The notes under the pieces are model-generated. The model saw only the letters and a program-made list of their open reading frames with translations, did no database searches and was not told where the DNA came from. The position numbers and the translations under genes are program-made. A stretch of 64,000 nt of DNA from Antedon mediterranea (lineage: Eukaryota; Animalia; Echinodermata), in the NCBI RefSeq assembly GCF_964355755.1, contig NC_092673.1:5394001-5458000 (forward strand). The letters are read 5' to 3'. How positions within the stretch are numbered: position 1 is the first letter of the stretch; each line of letters begins with the position of its first letter. Below, one piece after another: positions 42,332 through 54,402 of this stretch.

Positions 42332-44098
42332 AATCATCTCAATGGAGGTGTAAGAATGTTGAAGAAATCCTACCAGAAACTAAGCAAAAGTCAAGAGAGT
42401 TTAATTGAGTACGATCATGGAGACGATGAGGTTAGCGAGTTACGGAGTAAAGTACAAAAACAAAGAGGAGAACTTTTAAAAGTAAAAGCAAAATTATCAG
42501 ACGTGAGTAGCGAATCTGAACACCGACAAGTTGAAGCTACAAGAATGCGATCTCAACTCCAACAATTAACGAACAATTTGCAGAGACGTATGTCAGATTT
42601 GAGCAGTTATCAAGATGAAATTTCTAGGAAAGATACTGAAATAGACAAATTAAGAAAGAAGCTAGCTTCGTTTGAAAATCAAACCTCTAGAGGGAAGAAT
42701 AATAGTGCAACGTTTACCGCTACACAACAAAAGCTAGATAGTCTGCAAAAACTACTGCAGCAGAAGGATAGCGACGTTAGTCAAGAACGAGTGCAAAGGA
42801 ACCACTTGCATGAACTCAATGAGAACTTATCAAAAGAGGTTAAGTTACAGGAAGAGGAACTTGGTTTACTCAGAAGTAAACTCTTTGAAAAAGAGAACGA
42901 ACTCTCACAAGAGAAATGTGAAGTGTCGTACTTAAAGGAAGTACAAGAGAAATTAAGTCAGGAGGTTCATGATCGTAAAGTTGTAATTAAAAATCTTGAA
43001 GAAAAGTTATGTAAAATTGTTTCATCTTCTGGACACTTAAGCGTGAAAAAAGATGATAAAAAAGAAATTGAACAACTGCAGGTACAATTAAAAAAAGTAG
43101 AGGGGGAGAGACAAAGTGAGGTGACGTCTCTACGCAGACAGCTTGTCGCGCAAGATGAGGATATTGCTAGATTGCATAATCAACTTGGTTCCATAGAGAA
43201 AGATAAATTATCGCTACAAGAACGAGTTTCAAGAGGAAAAGATGGGAATAGTAATTTTATTTTGATACAAAAGCAAATGGAATGTGATTTAACAAGTCTA
43301 CAAGTTAAATTGACTCAAAGAGATCGTGAACTGTCAGAAACGAAACGTGTAATGAATGAACAAATGGAAAGTAAAGAGTCTGAAATAATGGCGCTTAAAG
43401 CACAGTTTAATAAATCGTGGGAAGGCTCAAAAGCTTTAGATAACACAGCTATGGCAAGAGAAGCTGAAATCGCTTTCCTAACTGATAAGCTAAATAATCG
43501 CGATTCAGAAATAGCTACATTGAAACGACGTCTTGATGGCATGCAAAAGCGTGGAAGCTCGCCAAATAGACGCGGTAGTTCACCGAACGGATCTTTGAAA
43601 TCGGGATCTGGCAGCTATCATGACGAAATGTCCACTCTTGTAAAAGAGAAAGAATCGTTGGAAGTTCATCTTAGTAGCGTAAAAACGGAGAACACACAAC
43701 TACAACAACATCTTGAAAAGTCAATGAGTGAGATAATTTCACTTAAAAAACAACTTGACTCTGCTTCACCAATGTCATTAACGAGTCAGTCAAGCGCGAC
43801 AAGTGATAGGCATAAAAATGATATGGACACACATCATGAAGTTCAAAGGTTAAGACAAGAAGTAGAAAAATTGAAAGAGAAATGTTTTAGCAGTGAGAGC
43901 ATGATAGATAAAGAACGTCAAACATGGCAGGATGAAAAGGAAAAGGTGATTAGCTATCAGAAACAATTACAGTTAAATTACGTGCAAATGTATCGTAAAA
44001 ATCGCAATCTAGAACGTGATGTTGAACAGCTGACACTCGAACTAGAACGAAGACATTTGATTGAAGAAGAAGATCCCGAAACTACCGTTAATGTATAA
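42332..44098 (+). CDS. LZTS2: LZTS-family protein, last coding exon (588 aa, coiled coil with Fez1 domain)
   Basis: ttttcag|AAT; C-terminal ERQTWQDEKEKVISYQKQLQLNYVQMYRKNRNLE is the LZTS/Fez1 signature; stop TAA. Confidence 0.95.
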   Translation, partial: NHLNGGVRMLKKSYQKLSKSQESLIEYDHGDDEVSELRSKVQKQRGELLKVKAKLSDVSSESEHRQVEATRMRSQLQQLTNNLQRRMSDLSSYQDEISRKDTEIDKLRKKLASFENQTSRGKNNSATFTATQQKLDSLQKLLQQKDSDVSQERVQRNHLHELNENLSKEVKLQEEELGLLRSKLFEKENELSQEKCEVSYLKEVQEKLSQEVHDRKVVIKNLEEKLCKIVSSSGHLSVKKDDKKEIEQLQVQLKKVEGERQSEVTSLRRQLVAQDEDIARLHNQLGSIEKDKLSLQERVSRGKDGNSNFILIQKQMECDLTSLQVKLTQRDRELSETKRVMNEQMESKESEIMALKAQFNKSWEGSKALDNTAMAREAEIAFLTDKLNNRDSEIATLKRRLDGMQKRGSSPNRRGSSPNGSLKSGSGSYHDEMSTLVKEKESLEVHLSSVKTENTQLQQHLEKSMSEIISLKKQLDSASPMSLTSQSSATSDRHKNDMDTHHEVQRLRQEVEKLKEKCFSSESMIDKERQTWQDEKEKVISYQKQLQLNYVQMYRKNRNLERDVEQLTLELERRHLIEEEDPETTVNV

Positions 44099-47000
44099 AA
44101 CTAAATGTGCTTTCTTGTTTCTTTGTAACAAAAAAAAATAAAGTCATGCTTGGAGATTGTTTTGAACATTCTGCGAACTTAAGTGAACTGCAGTGATTCA
44201 CATGATATTGGCATGACGTTACATTCCCAACGTGTATTTTAAACTGACTTGATCTCACTAATTGCCAACATGGATCATACGTAATCTAGCATATGTTACG
44301 CATTCAAAACAAACTATGTCCAAAACCACATGTTATCTCTTTTTGAACAAAAAAAATTATTTTCATTCTTCACTTTCCTTTAGACTGTTCAGGACCAAAA
44401 CAATTTATTTTGGATGTTGGCGACTTTTAAAAGATTAAGGATGGTTAACAGATGGACGGATATTTTTTTAGTTGAATTTGCATCATTCCGAAACGTTTGT
44501 AGTACGCAAAGGGATTTAATGCTACTTGAAGGAATGTAAGAATTTCTAAAGAATGTAAAAATGACACACATTCTGGATTAAAATTTGCATATGTTTTAAA
44601 CTTTCATTTTATACTGTTCTCTTTGTTTTTATATCAAATACTTTTTGTTTTTAAACACAAAGCTTTCGAATGTTTATTTTGTAAATAAAAGTGCTTGATT
44701 TATTAGTTTTAAACAAATTATAACAAAAACAATTATGTTTTAATTTGTTAATCAATGATGTAAACAATTTTAACGAGATATGTCATTTAAATTATGATTT
44801 TTAATAACTAGAAAATCTTTCGAACAAACATAAGTCAATGTTTCGTTTGCTGCAGGGTACATTCCTATTGCAATGTACTTTGATTGTTCTGAGCTAAAAA
44901 TAAACAGTAAATTATTCTTGTTGAATCATCAAATATGCTATGCTCGTCTCAAACAATGGTTCTTTTAATTGATAGTGGTATTAAAAGGCAACTCTATCTT
45001 GCCTCCAATAACTCATCATGGTTTTATTTTTAGCATTTAAAGATTGTTTACCAAAATTGTCTTTAAACTTTAAATAATTGTGCACTAGAAATGTGGTTTA
45101 CATTATTCAATACAGAAACTGTCTAGATCTACAAAGTTCTATTGAAAACGTTTCAATAAAAAATGTAAGTTTATTTTATTTAAAATCCCTATTACATCAT
45201 GAATTAAAGATGCTTTTAAACATTTCCTAAATTGCTTAAAATATCTTCACTAATTAGAAAGATTTACATTTTCCAGAGTTGTTTTATTCCCTACACCTGT
45301 TTGAAGGATTTCCTTAAGGCCTATTTATACATAACCACCAGGTTTTACACAGTTGACATACAAACCCTTATACAGCATAGAATGTAATACATGTGTGATG
45401 TAAGGCATAATTTATGGATGTGTGTTATATGATTAATACCATTGCTTAGGATTTAGGATTAGAGTGTGATTTTTAACACACTATTCTCTCTGTTCAGGGC
45501 GTAATGTTCAAGACTGTATGTAAATTGACGCTGTGGCAGAATTAATTAGATTGATGTATTTACCTACTCCACTACTTCCGTCATAGCAATTTTTTAATTC
45601 TTAAAGCTTAAGTCGGTCTATTTTGTAATTGGGATTTTGAAACAAAAAATATAACGGATTATGTACTATTGCATTATGTTGCTATATAGTTGTGACATAT
45701 TTATTAGTGATGCCATTCTATTCTCTTTTTCTGGATGGGGTGAAAATGGGACAAAATAACAAAGTGTCTGTAACACATATGTTACATGGTGATGACATAG
45801 CATTCAGGTCATGACTTTTTATCATACTTGTTAGGGTGATGATGGCAGAAAAGGTGTTTCAATTGGTATTAAATTACTAGTTTGCTGTACTCCACCGTTC
45901 TGAACTGCGAACATTCCATTCTGTAATATAAAACTTCCTCTAATTAAGAGTCATCTAAAAACTATTCCATAGAGGTGTACATTGTTTAATGAAAAACAAA
46001 TTAGTAGCAGATTAAGTATATAATCTTAGATATTAATTTCTACAATATTTGGTTTACACTTGAGTTGTATGTAAATTGATGCTATTCACGGTGATGTCGC
46101 TTGTAGCAAGCTGGGTCAACTCCTGCATACAGCACCTTCTAATTATTTACAGTATCTTATTCAACAGTTAGGACATTTTCTGTTTTAAATTAGATTGTGT
46201 CATAACAGTATCATAATTTAATGGAACAGGAGTCATTATTGAAATGTGTGTATATTATGTATTAAATACAAAACTGTATAAATATAAATATTGTGTTATA
46301 AACTAGAAACATGTATTGTGTTAATTGTCTATACACCAGAGAACTTGTTCAAAATATTATTATCAGGAAGAATGAAACTATGTATGGGTCATTTAGTGCA
46401 AAAACCCTCCTGTTTCTTTGATGTTGATATATATACTTAGATATTATATAAAGTATTGTATATAAGCTGTTAAATATACTGTATATACTGTTGTACCTTA
46501 TCACATTGTCTATGCTTATAATAGTGTCGTCAAATTACCTTTATCCTTCATATTGTAGGCCTACATAGCATGTATCCTATACAATTGTTGGTTTATATCC
46601 ATATTTATATAAATGAATATCTTTCATATATATGATACTATAAACAATTTGCTGATGTATTTGTCTAAGGGTCGTTGACGTACAGTTTAACAAAATTAAT
46701 GAACAAACACACAGGGTATTCCACTGTTAAACTTCCATATTAACTGATCAAACTTTGTATAATAAGTTATGCTGCACCATCAGGGGTCAAAGGTGAGCTA
46801 AAATGTCAATTAAATGTTTTTATATAATATGCTAATTACTCTTATAAGATTTAGTTTGTTTTATATAGACTGGTTTGTGACATGTACTGTACCGATATGA
46901 AGGTATTGACTAATAGATTTATTATTTACCTTATCAATATTCTTCCATCATTTTAAAAATGTTATGTTCAATATGAAAACTTACATATAGTCATGCAAAA

Positions 47001-47481
47001 ACAATACCATTATATAATCATGTTATTAATAAAATTATTCCACTTTTAATAAATCGTTGAGACTATTTATTTCAACAATTGTTTTAAAAAGAGTATGTTA
47101 AAAATAATTTTATAAAATGCTAGTTATATTGTGCTTTTCCTACAGTAATTTCTACACTATATAATATTGTCTCATATAATATTGCATTGTACATTTTTGT
47201 ATCATTTTTTAAATAGTATTGTTGCTAACAAGAGTATGTATTTTAAAAAGTACAATTTCTTTTTATTTATTACAGGTTTTGTTTTATTTATATACAGCTC
47301 AATATTCAATGCATGCTTGTTACTTTTGAATTCCTTTCTAATGTTCCAATGATATTTTGTTTCATTTTTTATAACATTGATTGTTAATTACATTGCTGTT
47401 GAAATACAGACATACTAGAAAAATATTGTTTGTGTATTGTTCAAAAGTTTTGTGGCGTGTTTTGTATGAAGTTAGACGATA

Positions 47482-47487
47482 AATAAA
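47482..47487 (+). terminator. Candidate distal poly(A) signal of the LZTS gene
   Basis: AATAAA at the end of a T-rich 3'UTR-like tract just before the minisatellite; several earlier AATAAA also exist. Confidence 0.3.
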
Positions 47488-47699
47488 GGTTTGTGGCATT
47501 GCCTTGTGAGCTTAATATCGGATATATACCCTTGATAGATGGCGTACACCTAGTATCAATATTAGCCCATAATGTCTATACATTGGGTGATTTAATACAA
47601 ATCAAGCTATAATATTTATAATAATAATTAGCGTATATACAATATTGCAGTATTGAAGTACTGTACTTACATAGCAATAATAAGCGCACATATACTAAT

Positions 47700-48552
47700 T
47701 ATTGGCACGCATTTAGCAATATTTAGTGCACATATACTGTAGCAATATATGTAGCATTAGTGCATATTATAGCAACATTAGTGCACATATAGCAAATGAG
47801 TGCACATATAGCAAATTAGTGCACATATAGCAACATTAATGCACATATAGCAACATTAGTGCACATTATAGCAACATTAGTGCACATATAGCAAATTAGT
47901 GCACATATAGCAACATTAATGCACATATAGCAACATTAGTGCACATTATAGCAACATTAGTGCACATATAGCAAATTAGTGCACATATAGCAAATTAGTG
48001 CACATATAGCAACATTAATGCACATATAGCAACATTAGTGCACATTATAGCAACATTAGTGCACATATAGCAAATTAGTGCACATATAGCAAATTAGTGC
48101 ACATATAGCAACATTAATGCACATATAGCAACATTAGTGCGCATTATAGCAACATTAGTGCACATATAGCAAATTAGTGCATGTTATAGCAACATTAGTG
48201 CACATATAGCAACATTAGTGCACATATAGCAACATTAGTGCACATTATAGCAACACTAGTGCACATTATAGCAACACTAGTGCACATTATAGCAACATTT
48301 GTGCACATTATAGCAACATTAGTGCACATTATAGCAACGTTTGCTCACATATAGCAAATTAGTGCACGTTATAGCAACATTAGTGCACATTATAGCAACA
48401 TTGGTGCACATTATAGCAACATTAGTGCACATTATAGCAACATTAGTGCACATTATAGCAACATTTGTGCATATATAGCAAATTAGTGCACATTATAGCA
48501 ACATTAGTGCAAATTATAGCAACATTAGTGCGCATATAGCAACATTAGTTCA
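47700..48552. repeat. Minisatellite, 19-21-bp unit GCACAT(T)ATAGCAA(C)ATTAGT, about 40 units
   Basis: Head-to-tail array without unique spacers. Confidence 0.97.
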
Positions 48553-49293
48553 ATTTAGAAGTCATGTTTTCAGTGATTTTTGTTAAAATCTCTGAGCTAT
48601 AGCTCAGGAGTTTTACCAAATCATTTACAAACTTCTCTTATACCTGTAGTTTAATGTGCCAGATGATGTATATATAACATAAATATGGTGAAAGTAGGGA
48701 CTTTTGTTGACCTTTTACAGGGTTGCCATTATTGGTAGACACCAGAGTATAGCTCACACTAACCAATATTGATCAGGTTTCTTTATCACTATTCCCATCA
48801 CTGTATAAATTTAATCTTATTGTTTTCAATTACTGTGAGTAAAAGCTTAATGTATGTTTGAGTGTACGACGATGGTGAACATTCATCATAAAATGCTTTT
48901 AAAAAATGCTAATGATTTACAACATGATTTCTATTTTTATAAAGATTATTGTTGGATATGATGTGTTGCTTATGTCTTTTAAATGCTGTGAACCCCTCCA
49001 TTCCAAGTGCATAAACCACCCTGGTTTATTGGTTGAATACCACAACATCAACATTTCACCCGTGACCCCATAAAATCGACCTGAATATTTTAATAAACAA
49101 AGGAATATGAATCAAACTAAATTTATGAAGCAAAAATTGATTTATCAGTATGAAATAATTCCTAAAGAAATTTGTCCTTGGGAATGTCATTTCTTCCTAA
49201 TGTAATTTAGGGTTAGATACATGCTTGCAATGTTTTAGCTTAGACCTACTTCTGTGTCTCCACCCTCCTACCTATTGTGGTTGAACATACTAA

Positions 49294-49405
49294 AGCTCTG
49301 TCTACACTATCAAACCTTATGTGACAACAAAATGTGCCCATGTATGGACATGATGATGATCACTAATATATTTGGGCATATCACGCTTTTTTAGTCTACA
49401 GAGCT
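49294..49405. mobile_element. MITE family A copy (internally deleted)
   Basis: Family consensus. Confidence 0.8.
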
Positions 49406-49522
49406 TTAGACTAAAATTAACAGCGACAAAAATATTCACATCAGGTATATTATAAATGTTCAAGAATGTTCCCTTGATTGGCATGTATGGCAGATGGTGA
49501 AAACAATTTTAGGAATTAGATA

Positions 49523-49554
<32 letters not shown>

Positions 49555-49575
49555 GCTTCAGTGGGATAATACAAT

Positions 49576-49581
49576 TTTATT
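49576..49581 (-). terminator. Candidate distal poly(A) signal of PDZD7
   Basis: TTTATT on + at the boundary of an A-rich (minus-strand U-rich) tract; alternatives exist. Confidence 0.25.
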
Positions 49582-50101
49582 TGTCGTACTGTACCAAAAT
49601 GAATAGTAGGCGAAGCAACGATGAATACGCATTTAATGTAGGTATGAATTCAGATGTTTAAATTTCTATAGGTAACGATGAAGAAAAGTCCAGTAAATTC
49701 TGACCTTTTCAATTACAGAGGTTGAAAGGTTTGTGATGCAAGTACTATAGTTAAAAAGTGCAGATGAGACGGCATTAGCTCCCTTTAGGCAGTGAATACA
49801 ACAATAATTGTAAAAGGCTCAAATTTACAGTCATTAAACTAGACATAAATTACAATTTGGTACTAACATTTGGTTTGTAATAAAATACACATAGTGATTT
49901 GTTATGATTAAACAATCACTTATTTTGTAGTACAGTACACACATGGTCCTACTACCGTAAAAGCATTCCAAGTTAATATATTAATATTACAATCACTAAT
50001 TAATATATAAATCCAAAATTACTGAAAAATTACAATGCTGTGTGTATCAGTGGCTGGATCTAAATGGAGATAATAAAATAAGCAAAAACAGCCATACAAA
50101 T

Positions 50102-50142
50102 TTGCAGAGCTTTCAGGCAATGCTAGCCCTTCATCAGTGCAA
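50102..50142 (-). ncRNA. Minimal type I hammerhead ribozyme motif (Penelope-like)
   Basis: Minus strand UUGCA-CUGAUGA-AGGGCuagcauuGCCU-GAAA-GC-UC-UGCAA: both core boxes, stems I and II, palindromic AGCU stem III. Confidence 0.6.
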
Positions 50143-51168
50143 GTAATTAATATATAAAAATAAAAACACATTAAATATTTCAGAGCAAACTAAAAATGCC
50201 CAATATTTATTTTGAAAAAATATTTCCACAAAAACATACAAATTAAATACTCTTACAAATACGGTAATTAAATCACATCAAAATGAATACTGATAAATTT
50301 CACAATATAAATAGTGATTTTAATATTTTAATTATGGTTATGATTGTAATAAACACAATAGTACTGAACAGAAGTAGTGTCAAATAATCCCTTTTAACAT
50401 CACCTAAACAAATTCTACACTAACCAGGTCGTCAACACAAGCCTTTTGTAAGTGTAGAGTTGTGCACTGGAGTACTCAGGTGACATGACTCATCAAAGGC
50501 ATCATTTTCCAATACATAACCCCTGGATATATTTTTACAAATTCTTTGCAAATATAATTTCTATAACCAGATAAAAATCCGACAAATTGAGGATGATGAA
50601 TACAATATTACACTGATATTTCACCTGACAATTTTCATAAGTAACATTTGTATGAGATAGTGGTTGAACCAGAAAGAATGTAATGCAATACTGCCAATAG
50701 TGGGCCTAATAATAAAGTATTATAACATGGAGTAAAGAATATTATTATTTACTCCATGATTATAACTATATATTTATTTTTAAAAAGCCCTGTTGTGCAT
50801 AATTATTGTATTTACAATAGATAATGAAATTATTACAAAACTAAAATCTTATCAAACAAAGTATAAAATATTAAAAAATACCCAAATATAGTAAAGAATA
50901 ACACATATTGCACTGTTAAAATACAAATCTATAAATGGGATATAAATAAGCATGCATTGTATGGACATTATTTAATTCCTGATGCTATAATTAATCTTTA
51001 AACATTAAATTATTACAGCATGTATTTCATTTATTGTTGGACTTTCCTATTTAAAGTTTGTTAGTAAAGCTTTTGGTACTGTATTGTTTAATTTACTGTT
51101 CCACGGACTACAGTACTTTTTAAAACGTATTTTAGTAAAATATCACCGTGTCAGCATTTTTTATATTA

Positions 51169-51685
51169 CAGTAATGTACATTTAATCTTAAAGATATACA
51201 TTTATTTGGACAGATTTTTTTTAAAGTACTATACATAAATTATTCTTCATATCTGAATAGACAGAATTTCATTTCATTTCATTTCGTCTCACATAATTAT
51301 AAAAAAAAAAATAACAAACAATAGAGAGAGACAGGATTCCCAAAAGCGAACTAAATCAAACTATCAAGTGGGTCTGTGATGATTTATAAATAACCTTTTA
51401 TTAATTTGTTGACAGTACTGTATTTTTGATCTTAAAGATACATTTAGTTGGACGGATTTTTGTTCAAGTACTGTACAAAAATTATTCTTCATATCTGAAT
51501 AGACGGAATAGGTCTGTGATGATTTATAAATAACCTTTTATTAATTTGTTGACAGTACTGTATTTTTTATCTTAAAGATACATTTAGTTGGACGGATTTT
51601 TGTTCAAGTACTGTACAAAAATTATTCCTCATATCTGAATAGACGGAATAGGTCTGCGATAATTTATAAGTAATCTTTTATATAT
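51169..51685. repeat. Tandem repeat, about 131-bp unit, 3 copies; first unit interrupted
   Basis: atcttaaagata...catatctgaatagac recurs three times; about 100-bp insert at 51268-51370. Confidence 0.9.
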
Positions 51686-52348
51686 TTGTTTTACTATAGA
51701 ATGTGAATAAAATAAAACATGTTATAAACACTGCTCAGTGCAAAGTTAAATATTGTAATATATATATATTGGTATGCAGCATATACAATGTTAATAAACC
51801 TTATAATTACCAAAAAGAAGTTTATATATAGAAAATAATTCCCGTTGAAAACAAAACTATTGATACAAGATTGTTATTCATCAATACAAACTGGAATAGC
51901 ATGTTGACAGATTACTGACGTTTGACTGATAACTGTACGTCTGAAGCCAACATAGGCCAAGCAACCCTCATCAAATAAAATACAGGTACAGTATATTGCA
52001 AAGTTACATATCATATATAGTTTCACAAACATAAAGATCTATCAACAATATAGCAGCTTTAAACACATCTGTAAACCACTGATTAAGCCAGTAAAAAAAC
52101 AAAACATGTCCACAAGAATATAACTATTACTGCTTTCAGTCTCATGTCTATAAAAAACAAATTTCGTTTTTTTCGGCCTAGAAGTTACAGACATTTTTCA
52201 TTGTGGAGATGAAATTGTTGTATAGACTGCGATATAATTGCTGGTTAGAGTAACTAATAGTTATGGTAGGCCTACTAAATTGGTGGAATACTCGTCAGTG
52301 AAAATCTCACTTGTCAAAGGTGTTCAAATAATAACAGTAAGTTGTTGT

Positions 52349-52483
52349 TCATTTGATAAGAACCGTGATGCTCAGTCGATCCCGATTCGCATCGTTGTAC
52401 GCTTTACGTATTACTTCAACAACTTGGTTGTGCGTTAAACTATGCAGCGATCGACCATTGACTTTGATAAGTTGAAAACCAGG
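52349..52483 (-). CDS. PDZD7: PDZD7 last coding exon, PDZ3 C-half
   Basis: ctgtag|PGFQLIKVNGRSLHSLTHNQVVEVIRKAYNDANRDRLSITVLIK-TGA. Confidence 0.9.
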   Translation of the reverse strand, partial: PGFQLIKVNGRSLHSLTHNQVVEVIRKAYNDANRDRLSITVLIK

Positions 52484-53117
52484 CTACAGAAAAAAAATAA
52501 AATCATTACTGAAGTAAAGAGTAATAAAAGCAAAGCAAATAATATCAAATTGTTTGCTTACTAATAAATGTATTAACAATGATAAATACAATTCAATTCA
52601 ATTCAATAAACTTTATTGTCAAACTCATGAATGGCTTGAAACTTTGGCTGAAAGTACACACATTAAAATTGTCTAAAAACATTGTCGCACAAACAGTAAA
52701 AAAGATGGTTTATTTCACTAAAGAAACCTAAATACAAATATCAGAAAACTAATTTGCTTTCTGCAATAATATTAATAATATCAAAACTTTTATTTCATTC
52801 ATGACACATTCCAAAAATTAATGTGTGTATAATATTAATGATGATAGCTGTATGATAATGAACATTATTAATTTGCTGATGATGACTATAATGAGGGCTG
52901 AACTGATGATAACACTAGCAGTAATAATAAAGCCAATTTTCCACTAGAATTTGATTACGCGAATCGAAAGCGTCACATTATACGCATGTGTAGAGTGTGG
53001 AGGATAGGAACTTGAATATGCATGTGTATAAGCCGGCGCTTTTAATTCGCGCGAACAAATTCCCTCTAAAATCAGCCTAATGCTGTCAATGATGGTGATG
53101 ATGCTAATAGAGTTTAC

Positions 53118-53218
53118 CTGTATAAATCCATCGTCATGGGCGGCACCTCCTGGGAACACTTTATCTATTAACACTTGAGGTTGTTGTCTTGAGTCACTCC
53201 CTCCTGAAATACTGATAC
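53118..53218 (-). CDS. PDZD7: PDZD7 exon, PDZ3 N-half
   Basis: GISISGGSDSRQQPQVLIDKVFPGGAA matches PDZD7 PDZ3; phase 1/0. Confidence 0.92.
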
Positions 53219-53807
53219 CTACAATTAACAAAAATCATCCATTATTATTACTGCAATTATTTAGCTTTACATAATATTATAGAAACATGGTCTTTGCATA
53301 TAAGCATTTAAAAAAAACCACCATTATATATATATATATATTACTTGTATAACCTGTTAGAAATGTTAGCAACCTGTTAGAGATTGGCATTTGGAATGCT
53401 GTCTTAACAACAATAAAGGAGAAACCTTCAGGACTGATCAAAGAGTCCCCTTAATAGAGGTGTCTTTTGAATAGTTCAACATAGAAATGTTAAAATGTAT
53501 TTTGCTCTTTATTTTTTTTTTTTATATGAAAGTGTCCCCTCCCAAAAGAGGGGGGGGGGAGGGGGGGTTCTATTATATTATGAATTGTTCCTATCTTTAG
53601 TTTCATTTACACACAACCTTTCCATAAAATGCATCAATTATCATTAAGTTAATAACTGTTATTATTGTAAAGGTAGTACAACGTTTTTTTCAGGCTCTAC
53701 CTTAGTTGTACGTCCTCCATCTTAATTTGTATGTTATGTTTGTTGTGATGGAAATAAAGATTGATTGATTGATTGAACTAAATCAACTAATATTTTGTAA
53801 CCGTTAC

Positions 53808-53962
53808 CTAATGATGTTTGTGTTTTCTTTATGACTCTTTCAATAGGACCATCTTCTATGTTATACTCCATTCTGGCACTCTGCAGAATCTCTTTCAGTG
53901 GGAATGGTTCCTCCTCACTGTGGTAACCATTTGATAGAACTGGTTTTTCTGCTTTATTTTTT
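53808..53962 (-). CDS. PDZD7: PDZD7 exon leading into PDZ3
   Basis: cctcag|KNKAEKPV...ERVIKKTQTSL G|gtaacg; phase 2/1. Confidence 0.85.
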
Positions 53963-54214
53963 CTGAGGAAGATAAACGTGTTATGTGGGACCGTTTGCTA
54001 TCATAAAGTAACATGTAGGATGAACCATAAAGGTTTATTATAAACAATAGAAACTGTATACACAGATCTACCCTTTAATCCCAATGCCAAAAAAGGACAT
54101 TTTCTGTACCTATAAAATGCTATGCTTAAATAATGGAGACATCCCAGGGTGACTAGTATATCTGCAATGTAGAAAATAATGTTTAAAAAATGATATATCC
54201 CCAACTGTATCTAA

Positions 54215-54367
54215 AGCTCTGTCTACACTATCAAAATAGTTGGCAAAAAAGTGTGATGTTCCCAAATATGGTAGTGATATGCTCAAATATGGTATTGATC
54301 TGACATCATCATGTCCATATATGGACACATTTTTTGTCACATAAAGTTTGATAGTGTAGACAGAGCT
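54215..54367. mobile_element. MITE family A copy (reverse)
   Basis: TIRs; TAA/TAA duplication. Confidence 0.9.
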
Positions 54368-54402
54368 TAAATTCAATGAAATTAAATGTAAAACTGACTT
54401 AC

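Noticed and set aside
43315-43542. Antisense ORFs here and at 34691, 54529-55789, 57397, 59877
   Set aside because: Shadows of real exons on the opposite strand or frame
47700-48552. CRISPR-like array
   Set aside because: Contiguous units with no unique spacers, no cas genes, eukaryotic context
53420-53570. Tc1/pogo-like MITE remnants (also about 36550-36630 and 60240-60345)
   Set aside because: Too decayed to define termini or TSDs
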